DNA of 64,000 nt from an uncultured Actinomycetes bacterium (lineage in GTDB: Bacteria; Actinomycetota; UBA4738; HRBIN12). Below, piece by piece: positions 28,398 to 35,685 of the stretch. Position 1 is the stretch's first letter; every line of letters starts with the position of its first letter. The DNA is taken from positions 330,405 to 394,404 of the forward strand of contig CAVPUQ010000001.1 in the NCBI GenBank assembly GCA_963708985.1, in the 5' to 3' direction. A program made the position numbers and the translations under genes. The notes beneath the pieces were generated by a model. It saw nothing but the letters and a program-made list of their open reading frames with translations, did not search any database and was not told the DNA's origin.

Positions 28398-29669
28398 GTG
28401 GATCGCCCTCGCACCGAGCCAACGAACCACGAGCCGTCACCACGCCCCGTCGGGTGGCGGCTCGCGATCGTCCTGCTCGCGATCGTCCTGCTCGCCGGGG
28501 CATGCACGTCTGGGGATGGTGATGGCGGTCCGACGCCCGCCGGCCCGAGCCCAACCGGCCCGAGCCCAACCGGCCCGAGCCCAACCGGCCCGAGCGCACC
28601 CGAGGGGTCGTCCGGGTCGCTCGCGGATGCGCGGGTCGGGCTCGAGGAGGTCGCCGTCCTCGACCAGCCGGTCGCGCTCGCGGTCCGCCGGGACGATCCG
28701 GCCCTCTACATCGCCGAGAAGCCGGGCCGCGTGGTGGCCGTGCGCGATGGCGAGGGTCCGCGGGTCGTGCTGGACATCACGGACCAGGTGTCGCTCGGCT
28801 CCGAACAGGGACTGCTCGGCATCGCCTTCTCGCCGGACGGTCGGTTCCTGTACGTGGACATCACCGACGCGAGCGGCAACACGCGCATCCTCGAGTTCGC
28901 AGCCGGGGACGAGGGCATCGACGCGACGAGCGAGCGCGAGGTGCTGCGCGTGGACCAGCCGTACTCGAACCACAATGGGGGCAACCTCGCGTTCGGCCCC
29001 GATGGGTACCTGTACATCGCGCTCGGCGACGGGGGAAGTGGTGGCGATCCGCAGGGGCGCGCGCAGTCGCGCTCGACGCTGCTCGGCAAGCTGCTGCGGA
29101 TCTCGCCGCGACCCTCGGGAGGCGAGCCGTACGGGATCCCGGCCGACAACCCGTTCGTCGGCCGCGACGGGTCCCGCCCCGAGATCTGGGCATACGGACT
29201 GCGCAACCCGTGGCGCTTCTCGTTCGACAGGGCGACCGGCGACCTGTGGATCGGCGACGTCGGGCAGGACGCGTGGGAGGAGATCGACGTCGAGCCGGCG
29301 GGCTCGACCGGCGGGCTCAACTTCGGCTGGGATGCTCTGGAGGGGACCCATCCCTTCGAGGGTGGATCCACCGACCCCGAGATGGTGGCTCCGGTGTTCG
29401 AGTACCCCCACGACGGCAGCGTGTGCGCGGTGACCGGCGGGTACGTGTATCGGGGCGAGGACATCCCGGCGCTCGCCGGCGCCTACGTGTTCGCGGACTT
29501 CTGCCGCGGCCGGCTCGAGGCGTTCGTCCTTCGTGACGGTCTCGCGCGCCTGCATCGCGAGCTCGGACCAACGGTCGACAGCCTCGCGTCGTTCGGACAG
29601 GACGCGACGGGCGAGCTGTACGCGCTCTCGCTCTCGGGACCCGTCTACCGGATGGTGGCGGAAGGCTGA
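28398..29669 (+). CDS. PQQ-dependent sugar dehydrogenase (glucose/sorbosone dehydrogenase family), membrane-anchored or lipoprotein
   Basis: GLLGIAFSPDG, HNGGNLAFGPDGYLYIALGDGG, YGLRNPWRFSFD, GDLWIGDVGQD and VTGGYVYRG are family-typical. The N-terminus has a TM/lipobox LLAGAC. Confidence 0.9.
   Translation: MDRPRTEPTNHEPSPRPVGWRLAIVLLAIVLLAGACTSGDGDGGPTPAGPSPTGPSPTGPSPTGPSAPEGSSGSLADARVGLEEVAVLDQPVALAVRRDDPALYIAEKPGRVVAVRDGEGPRVVLDITDQVSLGSEQGLLGIAFSPDGRFLYVDITDASGNTRILEFAAGDEGIDATSEREVLRVDQPYSNHNGGNLAFGPDGYLYIALGDGGSGGDPQGRAQSRSTLLGKLLRISPRPSGGEPYGIPADNPFVGRDGSRPEIWAYGLRNPWRFSFDRATGDLWIGDVGQDAWEEIDVEPAGSTGGLNFGWDALEGTHPFEGGSTDPEMVAPVFEYPHDGSVCAVTGGYVYRGEDIPALAGAYVFADFCRGRLEAFVLRDGLARLHRELGPTVDSLASFGQDATGELYALSLSGPVYRMVAEG
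28461..28493 (+). repeat. 15-bp tandem repeat x2.2 (CTCGCGATCGTCCTG) inside the signal/TM region
   Basis: Read directly: ctcgcgatcgtcctg ctcgcgatcgtcctg ctc encodes LAIVL-LAIVL-L. Confidence 0.9.
28542..28595 (+). repeat. 15-bp tandem repeat x3.6 (GGCCCGAGCCCAACC) encoding (GPSPT)3-GPS linker
   Basis: Read directly: three perfect copies plus a diverged partial copy (ggcccgagcgcaccc). Confidence 0.9.
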
Positions 29670-29788
29670 CTGCTCACGGTGCGGTCGCGGACCGTCGCGG
29701 AGCGAGCCTTCCTCGAGAGCCACCACGCCGCCGCGAGCAGCGCGACGTCGATCGCGACGCCGATCCAGGAGAGCCACAGCGCGAGCAC
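29645..29788 (-). CDS. possible small single-TM membrane protein (47 aa) downstream of the RES toxin
   Basis: GTG 29788, 25 nt after the RES stop: VLALWLSWIGVAIDVALLAAAWWLSRKARSATVRDRTVSSQPSATIR. Third codon positions are almost all G/C (44 of 47 by my count), as in real genes here. Overlaps the convergent PQQ-DH 3' end by 25 nt. Confidence 0.35.
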   Translation of the reverse strand: MLALWLSWIGVAIDVALLAAAWWLSRKARSATVRDRTVSSQPSATIR

Positions 29789-29813
29789 CGACAGGATGGC
29801 TCGTGCGGTCGCC

Positions 29814-30359
29814 CTACCCGGTGGAGCGCGCGAACCAGTCGTCGAACGAGCGTCGGCGGCGGACGCGGAGGCGATCCTCGCGGCCGTGGACGAGCCACGC
29901 GAGTTCCTCGTCCTCGTCCCCGGCGCGAGCGGCTGCGCTCCGGCAGGCGATCGCCGCCTCGGCCTGCTCCCACGCGATCTGCCCGATCCGTTGGCAACGG
30001 GCCCATCGGACCTCGGTGCCGTCGGGCTCGCGCGGGTAGGTCGGCGGCAGCCCCGCGGCGCGGCAGCCGGCGTCCGTGACGACATCCACGGCGCGGTGCT
30101 CCCGGACGTCGGTCTCGACGAGGTCGGGGCGGCGGTCGGGGAGCAGGTCGAGCACCGAGTACGGGAGCCCGTCGAAGCGGCGGAGGACGTTCGCCCGCGC
30201 GACCTGGACCGTCGAGCAGAGGTGGACGACCGGGAACGACCCGGGCGGGTTCCACCGGCCACCCCGCTGGGCGGCGTACGAGCCGTCGAGGGGGGAGCGC
30301 CAAGCGGGGTCGACCACGCGCACGTGGCGACCGCCGCGCACGACGTGCCGGAAGCGCAC
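29814..30359 (-). CDS. RES family NAD+ phosphorylase toxin (MbcT/ParT-like)
   Basis: From V79 of ORF 29814..30593: ..SYAAQRGGRWNPPGSFPVVHLCSTVQVARANV...LVETDV...AIACRSAA...EELAWL.. gives the R/E/S residues in family-typical contexts. Intact. The GTG lies 4 nt after the antitoxin stop. Confidence 0.85.
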   Translation of the reverse strand: MRFRHVVRGGRHVRVVDPAWRSPLDGSYAAQRGGRWNPPGSFPVVHLCSTVQVARANVLRRFDGLPYSVLDLLPDRRPDLVETDVREHRAVDVVTDAGCRAAGLPPTYPREPDGTEVRWARCQRIGQIAWEQAEAAIACRSAAARAGDEDEELAWLVHGREDRLRVRRRRSFDDWFARSTG

Positions 30360-30363
30360 GGCC

Positions 30364-31054
30364 TCAGGCGCTCCAGGCCCAGTCGAAGGACCGGCGCGTG
30401 CGCTCGAGCAGCTCTCGGTGTCGATCGTCCGCGATCGCCTCGAGCATCGACCGCCCGCCGTCGGCCGGAGCTCGGCGTCCGGACCACCGCCGGGATGCGC
30501 TCGGGAAGCAGGTTGCGCTCGAGCAGGTCGCCGATGCCGAGGATCGCGAGGAGCTTCGGTTGGCGAGACGCCGGCACGCCGTCCTCGAGCCACTGCTGCA
30601 CCGCCTGCCGCCGAACGCCGAACAGGCGGGCGACGTCAGTGATCGAGAGCCGCCACGAGGCCATCAGGGCCTCGAGCTCCGTACCCGCGCCGGCGAGCTC
30701 GGCGAGGACGAGCCGCGTGAACCGTGCCAGTGTCGCGGGTTCGGGCGGCCGGGCGGGGGCGTGGCGGGTCACGGTCGGGGGCTCCATCCGGGGGATGATG
30801 GCGGCCGCCACCGACACGAGCGCGCCGAGTGGGCCTTCAGGCGCGAACGGTGCCGCGAGGGCCAGGCGCTCCAGGACCCCGACGGCCGAGAGCATGGCGT
30901 CCGGGTAGGGCGCGAGGAGGTCGGCCACCAGGCGTCGCCATGCGTGCGCGTACGTGCGGCACGCCAGGTGATCGCCGTGGAGCGCGAGCGGCAGGGCCCG
31001 CTCGATCTCGGCGACGAGGCCAGACTCCAGACGGGTCGCGGTCGCGGTGCCCAT
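30364..31054 (-). pseudogene. Xre-HTH + DUF2384 antitoxin (MbcA/ParS-like) with an N-terminal extension of about 130 aa; one frame break (~30475)
   Basis: From M7 of ORF 29645..31072: the HTH LSITDVARLFGVRRQAVQQWLEDGVP..., then ..IPAVVRTPSS. The DUF2384 end (..GGRSMLEAIADDRHRELLERTRRSFDWAWSA*) is in another frame. Confidence 0.8.
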
Positions 31055-31060
31055 GCCGAT

Positions 31061-31089
31061 ACGGTACCGCAAGGAGAACGCAAGCGCAA
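31061..31089 (-). promoter_or_regulatory. candidate leaderless promoter of the Xre-RES operon
   Basis: Minus strand: TTGCGC (31089..31084) - 17 nt - TACCGT (31066..31061) - 6 nt - ATG (31054). No SD sequence is present. Confidence 0.4.
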
Positions 31090-31101
31090 GGAGAACGCAA
31101 G
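31068..31101. repeat. perfect 17-bp tandem duplication CGCAAGGAGAACGCAAG x2
   Basis: Read directly. It contains four GCAAG (minus: CTTGC) submotifs and overlaps the candidate -35 and spacer of the TA promoter. Confidence 0.9.
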
Positions 31102-31181
31102 ACGGCTCCGGGTCGCTCGGCTCCCGCGCTCGGGGCCGGACGGCCCACGGGGCCCTTCGTGGGGCCCGTCACGCTGCTCGT

Positions 31182-32420
31182 GTGTCGACACGCGGGCAAC
31201 AGGTGGTGATCGTGGCCGGCGGCCTCATCGCGCTGCACGCGGTCGAGGCGCTCGTGGTGCAGCCGATGGGCGGTCCGTCGCTCGGCGTGCTGCTCGGGCG
31301 CCTGGTCGCGATCGCGCTGGTCGCCGCGGGGCTCGGCATCGCGTGGAGACGGTCCGGCTCCACGGCCCTGCGCGGGCTCCTCGAGCTGGTCGGCGGCGCC
31401 TCGGGCCTGATCGGCGGCGGGGTCGCCACGCTCCCTCGGCTGGGCGACCTCCCGGCCGTGCAGGCCGTCACGGGGGCGCTCGCCACGCTCGGCGGGCTCG
31501 TGCTGATGGGCCTCGGCGTCGCGCACCTGCTCGGCTCCGTGAGGGCCCGGTGGCGCAGGATCGTCGCGGTCCCCCTGGGGCTCCTCGCGCTCGTCTACGT
31601 CTTGCTCCCGATCGGGTTCGGCGTGCTCGTGACGAACCGGGCGCGGCCCGAGCTCGGCACGCGGACCCCCGCCGACGTCGGGCTCACCTTCGAGGACGTG
31701 ACGCTCCGGACGCCCGACGGCGTCCGCCTCGCCGGGTGGTACGTGCCCTCGACGAACGGGGCGGCGGTGCTCGCGCTCCCCGGCTCGGGGTCAACGCGCG
31801 ACGACCTTCTGGATCATGCGGCGATGCTCGCCGAGCACGGGTACGGCGTCCTCATGATCGACGTGCCCGGCCACGGTGGCAGCGGCGGCGAACCGATGGA
31901 GTACGGCTGGGGCGCCGAGCGCTACCTGATCCCGGCGGTCGACGAGCTCGAGGTGCGGGAGGGCGTCGACCGCGTCGGCGTCTTCGGCCAGTCGATGGGC
32001 GGCGAGCAGGCCATCACGCTCGCGGCCGCCGACGAGCGGATCTCCGCCGTCGTCGCCGAGGGTGCCGGCATCCGAACCCTCGGAGACACGCTGTCCCTGC
32101 CGGACCCGGCGATCGCGAAGGCCATCACGTTCCCGTTCAACTGGCTGATGATGACGACGACCGACCTGCTCGGCGACGCCTCGCCGCCGATCGCGCTCGA
32201 GGACGCGGTGCGGACGATCGCACCGCGACCCCTGCTGCTCATCTCGAGCGGGACGGCGCAGGAGCAGGAGGCGAACCGGGTCTACGCCGAGGCCGGTGGC
32301 ACCCGGGTGCAGCTCTGGGAGCTGCCGAACGCGTCGCACATCGGCGGCCTCGCCGCGGAGCCGGCCGAGTACCAGCGGCGCGTCATCACGTTCCTCGACG
32401 CCGCGCTCCTCGGTGCGTGA
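31182..32420 (+). CDS. alpha/beta hydrolase with an N-terminal multi-TM domain
   Basis: From V46 of ORF 31047..32420: about 4 TM helices, then the hydrolase core with the nucleophile elbow GQSMGG and C-terminal NASHIG. The exact start is uncertain. Confidence 0.8.
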   Translation: MSTRGQQVVIVAGGLIALHAVEALVVQPMGGPSLGVLLGRLVAIALVAAGLGIAWRRSGSTALRGLLELVGGASGLIGGGVATLPRLGDLPAVQAVTGALATLGGLVLMGLGVAHLLGSVRARWRRIVAVPLGLLALVYVLLPIGFGVLVTNRARPELGTRTPADVGLTFEDVTLRTPDGVRLAGWYVPSTNGAAVLALPGSGSTRDDLLDHAAMLAEHGYGVLMIDVPGHGGSGGEPMEYGWGAERYLIPAVDELEVREGVDRVGVFGQSMGGEQAITLAAADERISAVVAEGAGIRTLGDTLSLPDPAIAKAITFPFNWLMMTTTDLLGDASPPIALEDAVRTIAPRPLLLISSGTAQEQEANRVYAEAGGTRVQLWELPNASHIGGLAAEPAEYQRRVITFLDAALLGA

Positions 32421-32473
32421 GGACGGCTCGCCGGTCCATCGCTGACCGAACCGCGTGAGACCATCGGTGGACC

Positions 32474-33528
32474 ATGGAGCTCGGCATCTACACGTTCGCG
32501 GAGGTCATGCCCGGTCGGAGGGCGGACGAGCCCGGAGGCCCGGCGCAGCGCCTCCGCGACCTGATCGAGGAGATCGCGCTCGCCGACCAGGTCGGGCTCG
32601 ACGTCTTCGGCGTCGGCGAGCACCACCGTCCCGACTTCGCCGTCTCGGCGCCCGCGGTCGTGCTCGCCGCGGCGGCGGAGCGCACCGAGCGCATCCGGCT
32701 GACGAGCGCGGTCACGGTGCTCAGCTCCGACGATCCGGTCCGGGTGTTCCAGGACTTCGCGACGCTCGACCTGCTCTCGGGCGGACGCGCCGAGATCATG
32801 GCCGGCCGCGGCTCGTTCATCGAGTCGTTCCCGCTGTTCGGCTACGACCTCGAGCGACTACGACGAGCTGTTCGCCGAGAAGCTCGACTGCTCCTGCTCC
32901 GGGTCCGCGAGCACGAGCGTGTCACGTGGACGGGCACGCACCGCGCGCCGATCGACGACCGCGGCGTCTATCCGCGACCGCTCCAGCGCAGCCGCTGCCG
33001 GTCTGGATCGCCGTCGGCGGCAACCCGCGAGTCGGCGATCCGCGCCGGCACGCTCGGCCTGCCGATGGCGATCGCGATCATCGGCGGCGATGCCCGAGCG
33101 CTTCGCGCCGTTCGCCGAAGCTGCATCGCGAAGCGGCGGCTCGGGCCGGGTCACGACCCGCCGCCCGCGCTCAGCATCAACTCGCACGGCTACATCGCGC
33201 CGACGTCGCAGGAGGCGCTCGACGGGTCGTTCCCCGCGGTGTCCGAGGTGATGAACCGCATCGGCCGCGAGCGCGGCTGGTCGCCGATGACGCCGGGCCG
33301 ACTACGACGGCGCGGCGACGCTGCGAGGCGCGAACTTCGTCGGCAGCCCGCAGCAGGTCGTCGAGAAGATCCTGTTCCAGCACGAGATCTTCCAGCCACG
33401 ATCGCTTCCTCGTGCAGTTCAGCGTGGGCCCGATGCCCCACGATGCGATCATGCGGTCGATCGAGTTGTTCGGGACCGAGGTCGCGCCCGCCGTGCACCG
33501 CGAGCTCGCGGCTACAGGATCGAGCTGA
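32474..33528 (+). pseudogene. LLM-class flavin-dependent oxidoreductase; about 7-8 frame changes as assembled
   Basis: The N-terminus [11 protein letters not shown]...[82 protein letters not shown] is family-typical. Downstream conserved blocks alternate between all three frames ([11 protein letters not shown] / [11 protein letters not shown].. / [11 protein letters not shown] / [20 protein letters not shown] / [10 protein letters not shown] / [14 protein letters not shown].. / ..[33 protein letters not shown]..). Confidence 0.85.
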
Positions 33529-34282
33529 CGTCCCGGGCGAGCTCCACCGATGAGGCCACCACGACGGCGGCCAGTGCCGTCCGTCCGAGCCACACCATCG
33601 GTTCCGAGCGCCACAGCGGGCCGAGCATCCGCCGTCGATAGCCGACCGCGAGGAGCGCGCCGACCGCGACGAGCGCGAGGCCTTCCACGAGGAGGGGGAC
33701 GCCGACCGGTGCGCTCAGACCGACGCCGATCGGGAGCGCGACCACCGGGACGAGGAGCACGAGCGATACGAGCGCGACGCGGGAGCGCCGGAAGACGGAA
33801 GCGTCGCGGAGGAGCCGCTCGGCGAGCAGGCTGGTCAGGAACCCCACTCCGGCCGGGATCGCGACGAACATCGCGACGGCGAGGGGGAGCGGGTCGAGGA
33901 GCGTGAAATCGATGCCGTCGGGACGCAGGATCCCTGCGCCGCCGACGAGCGCGCCGAGAGCGGCGGCGATCCACGGCCGGGATCGCTCGGGCAGCCATCC
34001 ACGGACGAGGAGGTAGCCGGCCCCGACCGCCGCGCCGAGGATCGTGGTCACCGAGAGGAGGAAGAGGGTCTGCGTGCTCACGATCCCGATCGTGAACCCG
34101 TCGTCCGTGGTCGCGCCGTGCAGCCGAGGGTCGGAGGTGAGCCGGAGCACGAGCATCGCCACCCGCCCCCCGACCCCGCCGACGAGCAGGCCCGCCGCTG
34201 CCCCGGCGCTCAGGCTCGCAGCGAGCCGTCTCCCCGCCGCGATCAGGTCCGTGCCCCTCGCGATGTCAGCCGATCCGTCCAT
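33512..34282 (-). CDS. hypothetical polytopic membrane protein
   Basis: From M30 of ORF 33512..34369. Multiple hydrophobic helices. No family recognised. Confidence 0.7.
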   Translation of the reverse strand: MDGSADIARGTDLIAAGRRLAASLSAGAAAGLLVGGVGGRVAMLVLRLTSDPRLHGATTDDGFTIGIVSTQTLFLLSVTTILGAAVGAGYLLVRGWLPERSRPWIAAALGALVGGAGILRPDGIDFTLLDPLPLAVAMFVAIPAGVGFLTSLLAERLLRDASVFRRSRVALVSLVLLVPVVALPIGVGLSAPVGVPLLVEGLALVAVGALLAVGYRRRMLGPLWRSEPMVWLGRTALAAVVVASSVELARDVSSIL

Positions 34283-34399
34283 CCGACCCCCTCCCTTGCG
34301 ATACAGGAGTGTGGGGGCGTCGGGCGTGCGGCGCACGGGTGGAGGCACCACCGCGCCGAGTGGTGGCACCCCGCGACCGCGGCCTCGACGGCCCGATCC

Positions 34400-35578
34400 C
34401 TAGCCGGCGGCCAGCGCCTTCTCGAGCGGGGTCCGGAAGCGGGGCTTGAGGTGCACGTCGCCGAGCCACGCCCGGAGGCGTTCCCGCTCGGCGTCGATCG
34501 CCTTGCGGGTCCTCGCATCGACGCGCTCGAGCAGCTCGACGACCACCTCGCCCTCCTCGACCTGGGTCCACCCGCCGACCACCCGGCCGTTCGCCCAGAT
34601 GGTCGGCCCGGCGTTGCCGTTGCGGTCGAACAGCATCGGGGCGTGGTCCCCGAGGTACCACCCACGCTGCTTCCAGCCCATGACCGTCGGGTCGAGGCCC
34701 GGGAGCAGCGCGACCCATCGGTCGGCCTCGGTCACGGGGTCGAGGTCGTCGGGGAGCACGAAGCCGACCCCGTCGTCGAGCTCGATCTCGACCGCTCCGA
34801 CGGCCTCGAGCGTGGTCGTCGCGAGCCTCGCGGTCCAGCCGGTCCACCAGCGGACGTCGGTCATCGTCGCGGGGCTGAACGCTCGCAGGTAGCGGCCGAG
34901 CAGGTCGGCGCAGGCCGCGGCGTGGCCGAGCTCCGGGAGCGGACCGCCGAGCCACGCCTCGGTCCGCGCCCACCGGTACTGGCCGGACATCCATGAGCCG
35001 AGCGGCCGAGCTCGCACGACCTTGCGCTCGGCGGCGAGCAGGAACAGCACGCGGGTCGAGACGCCCATGGTCCCCGCCCAGGTCCTGCCCTCGCCGAACG
35101 CGAGCTTGGCGCCGAGCTCCGGGACGTCCTTCGTGAGCTCGCGCGCGGTCGCCTCCCCGCGACGACCGAGCGCGTCGAGCGTCTCGTCGGCGACCCGCTC
35201 GAGCCAGCGCGGGCCGCGGCCCTTCCGCGCGATGCCTTGATCCTCGAGCAAGCCGATCAGGCGCCGGCGCTCGGGGGGCGCGAGGGCCTTCGTGCAGGCC
35301 TCATCCATGACCGCGGCCACGTCGAGCGGGACCACGAACAGGGTCTGCCGCATCCCGAGCATGCGCACGAGCGAACGCCGCTCGTAGAGCGCGTCCTCGA
35401 GAGCGGTGGGCGCGAACCCATCCACCCTCGCCCGCGCCGACAGGTAGACCGACGCGGGATCGCTCGAGTGAAGACCCACGAGGGACGCCGCGGTCGCATC
35501 CACGCTCGTCTCTGCTCGCGCCAGGTGGTGTCGCACGCCGAGCCGCGCTCGCCGCTCCTCTACCCCGATCGTCCTCAC
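34400..35578 (-). CDS. winged-helix DNA-binding protein of the YcaQ/AlkZ (crosslink-repair DNA glycosylase) family
   Basis: 392-aa ORF: ..RRARLGVRHHL...LHSSDPASVYLSARARV...RRSLVRMLGMRQTLFVVP...MGWKQRGWYLG...LFDRNGNAGPTIWANGRVVGGW.. is typical of DUF1006/YcaQ. Confidence 0.85.
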   Translation of the reverse strand: MRTIGVEERRARLGVRHHLARAETSVDATAASLVGLHSSDPASVYLSARARVDGFAPTALEDALYERRSLVRMLGMRQTLFVVPLDVAAVMDEACTKALAPPERRRLIGLLEDQGIARKGRGPRWLERVADETLDALGRRGEATARELTKDVPELGAKLAFGEGRTWAGTMGVSTRVLFLLAAERKVVRARPLGSWMSGQYRWARTEAWLGGPLPELGHAAACADLLGRYLRAFSPATMTDVRWWTGWTARLATTTLEAVGAVEIELDDGVGFVLPDDLDPVTEADRWVALLPGLDPTVMGWKQRGWYLGDHAPMLFDRNGNAGPTIWANGRVVGGWTQVEEGEVVVELLERVDARTRKAIDAERERLRAWLGDVHLKPRFRTPLEKALAAG

Positions 35579-35620
35579 GGTCCGGTCAACCTACCGCTCG
35601 AGCGGCCGACCCCCCCGCGT

Positions 35621-35650
35621 TTGACCTGCCCGCACGCGCGGGGATAGCGT
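35621..35650 (+). promoter_or_regulatory. candidate sigma-A type promoter TTGACC-18-TAGCGT
   Basis: Read directly, about 35 nt upstream of ATG 35686, which has the RBS GGGAGGGAG. Confidence 0.4.
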
Positions 35651-35685
35651 CCCGCGTCGACCCGAAGGCCAACAGGGAGGGAGCC

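Noticed and set aside
28542-28595. Short tandem repeats as a possible CRISPR array or minisatellite locus
   Set aside because: The units are 15 bp, contiguous with no spacers, in frame, and inside a well-supported CDS, where they encode a GPSPT linker.
28437-29777. Long alternative-frame and antisense ORFs throughout the track, for example 28437..29777 (-), 3999..5345 (-), 4064..5521 (+), 5733..7181 (+), 10230..11546 (-), 12179..13411 (+), 20364..21644 (-), 21976..23199 (-), 22797..24023 (+), 30398..32458 (+), 35575..36975 (-), 51553..53430 (-) and 52017..54134 (+)
   Set aside because: Their translations are dominated by R, P, G, A and D runs with no recognisable domains. Each overlaps a gene in another frame or strand that has clear family signatures. 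Long stop-free shadow ORFs are expected at this GC content.
29645-31072. The 475-aa ORF as a single large protein
   Set aside because: It is a composite. Its N-terminal half is the Xre/DUF2384 antitoxin. The middle is out-of-frame read-through across the RES gene region. The last 47 codons are the possible small membrane ORF.
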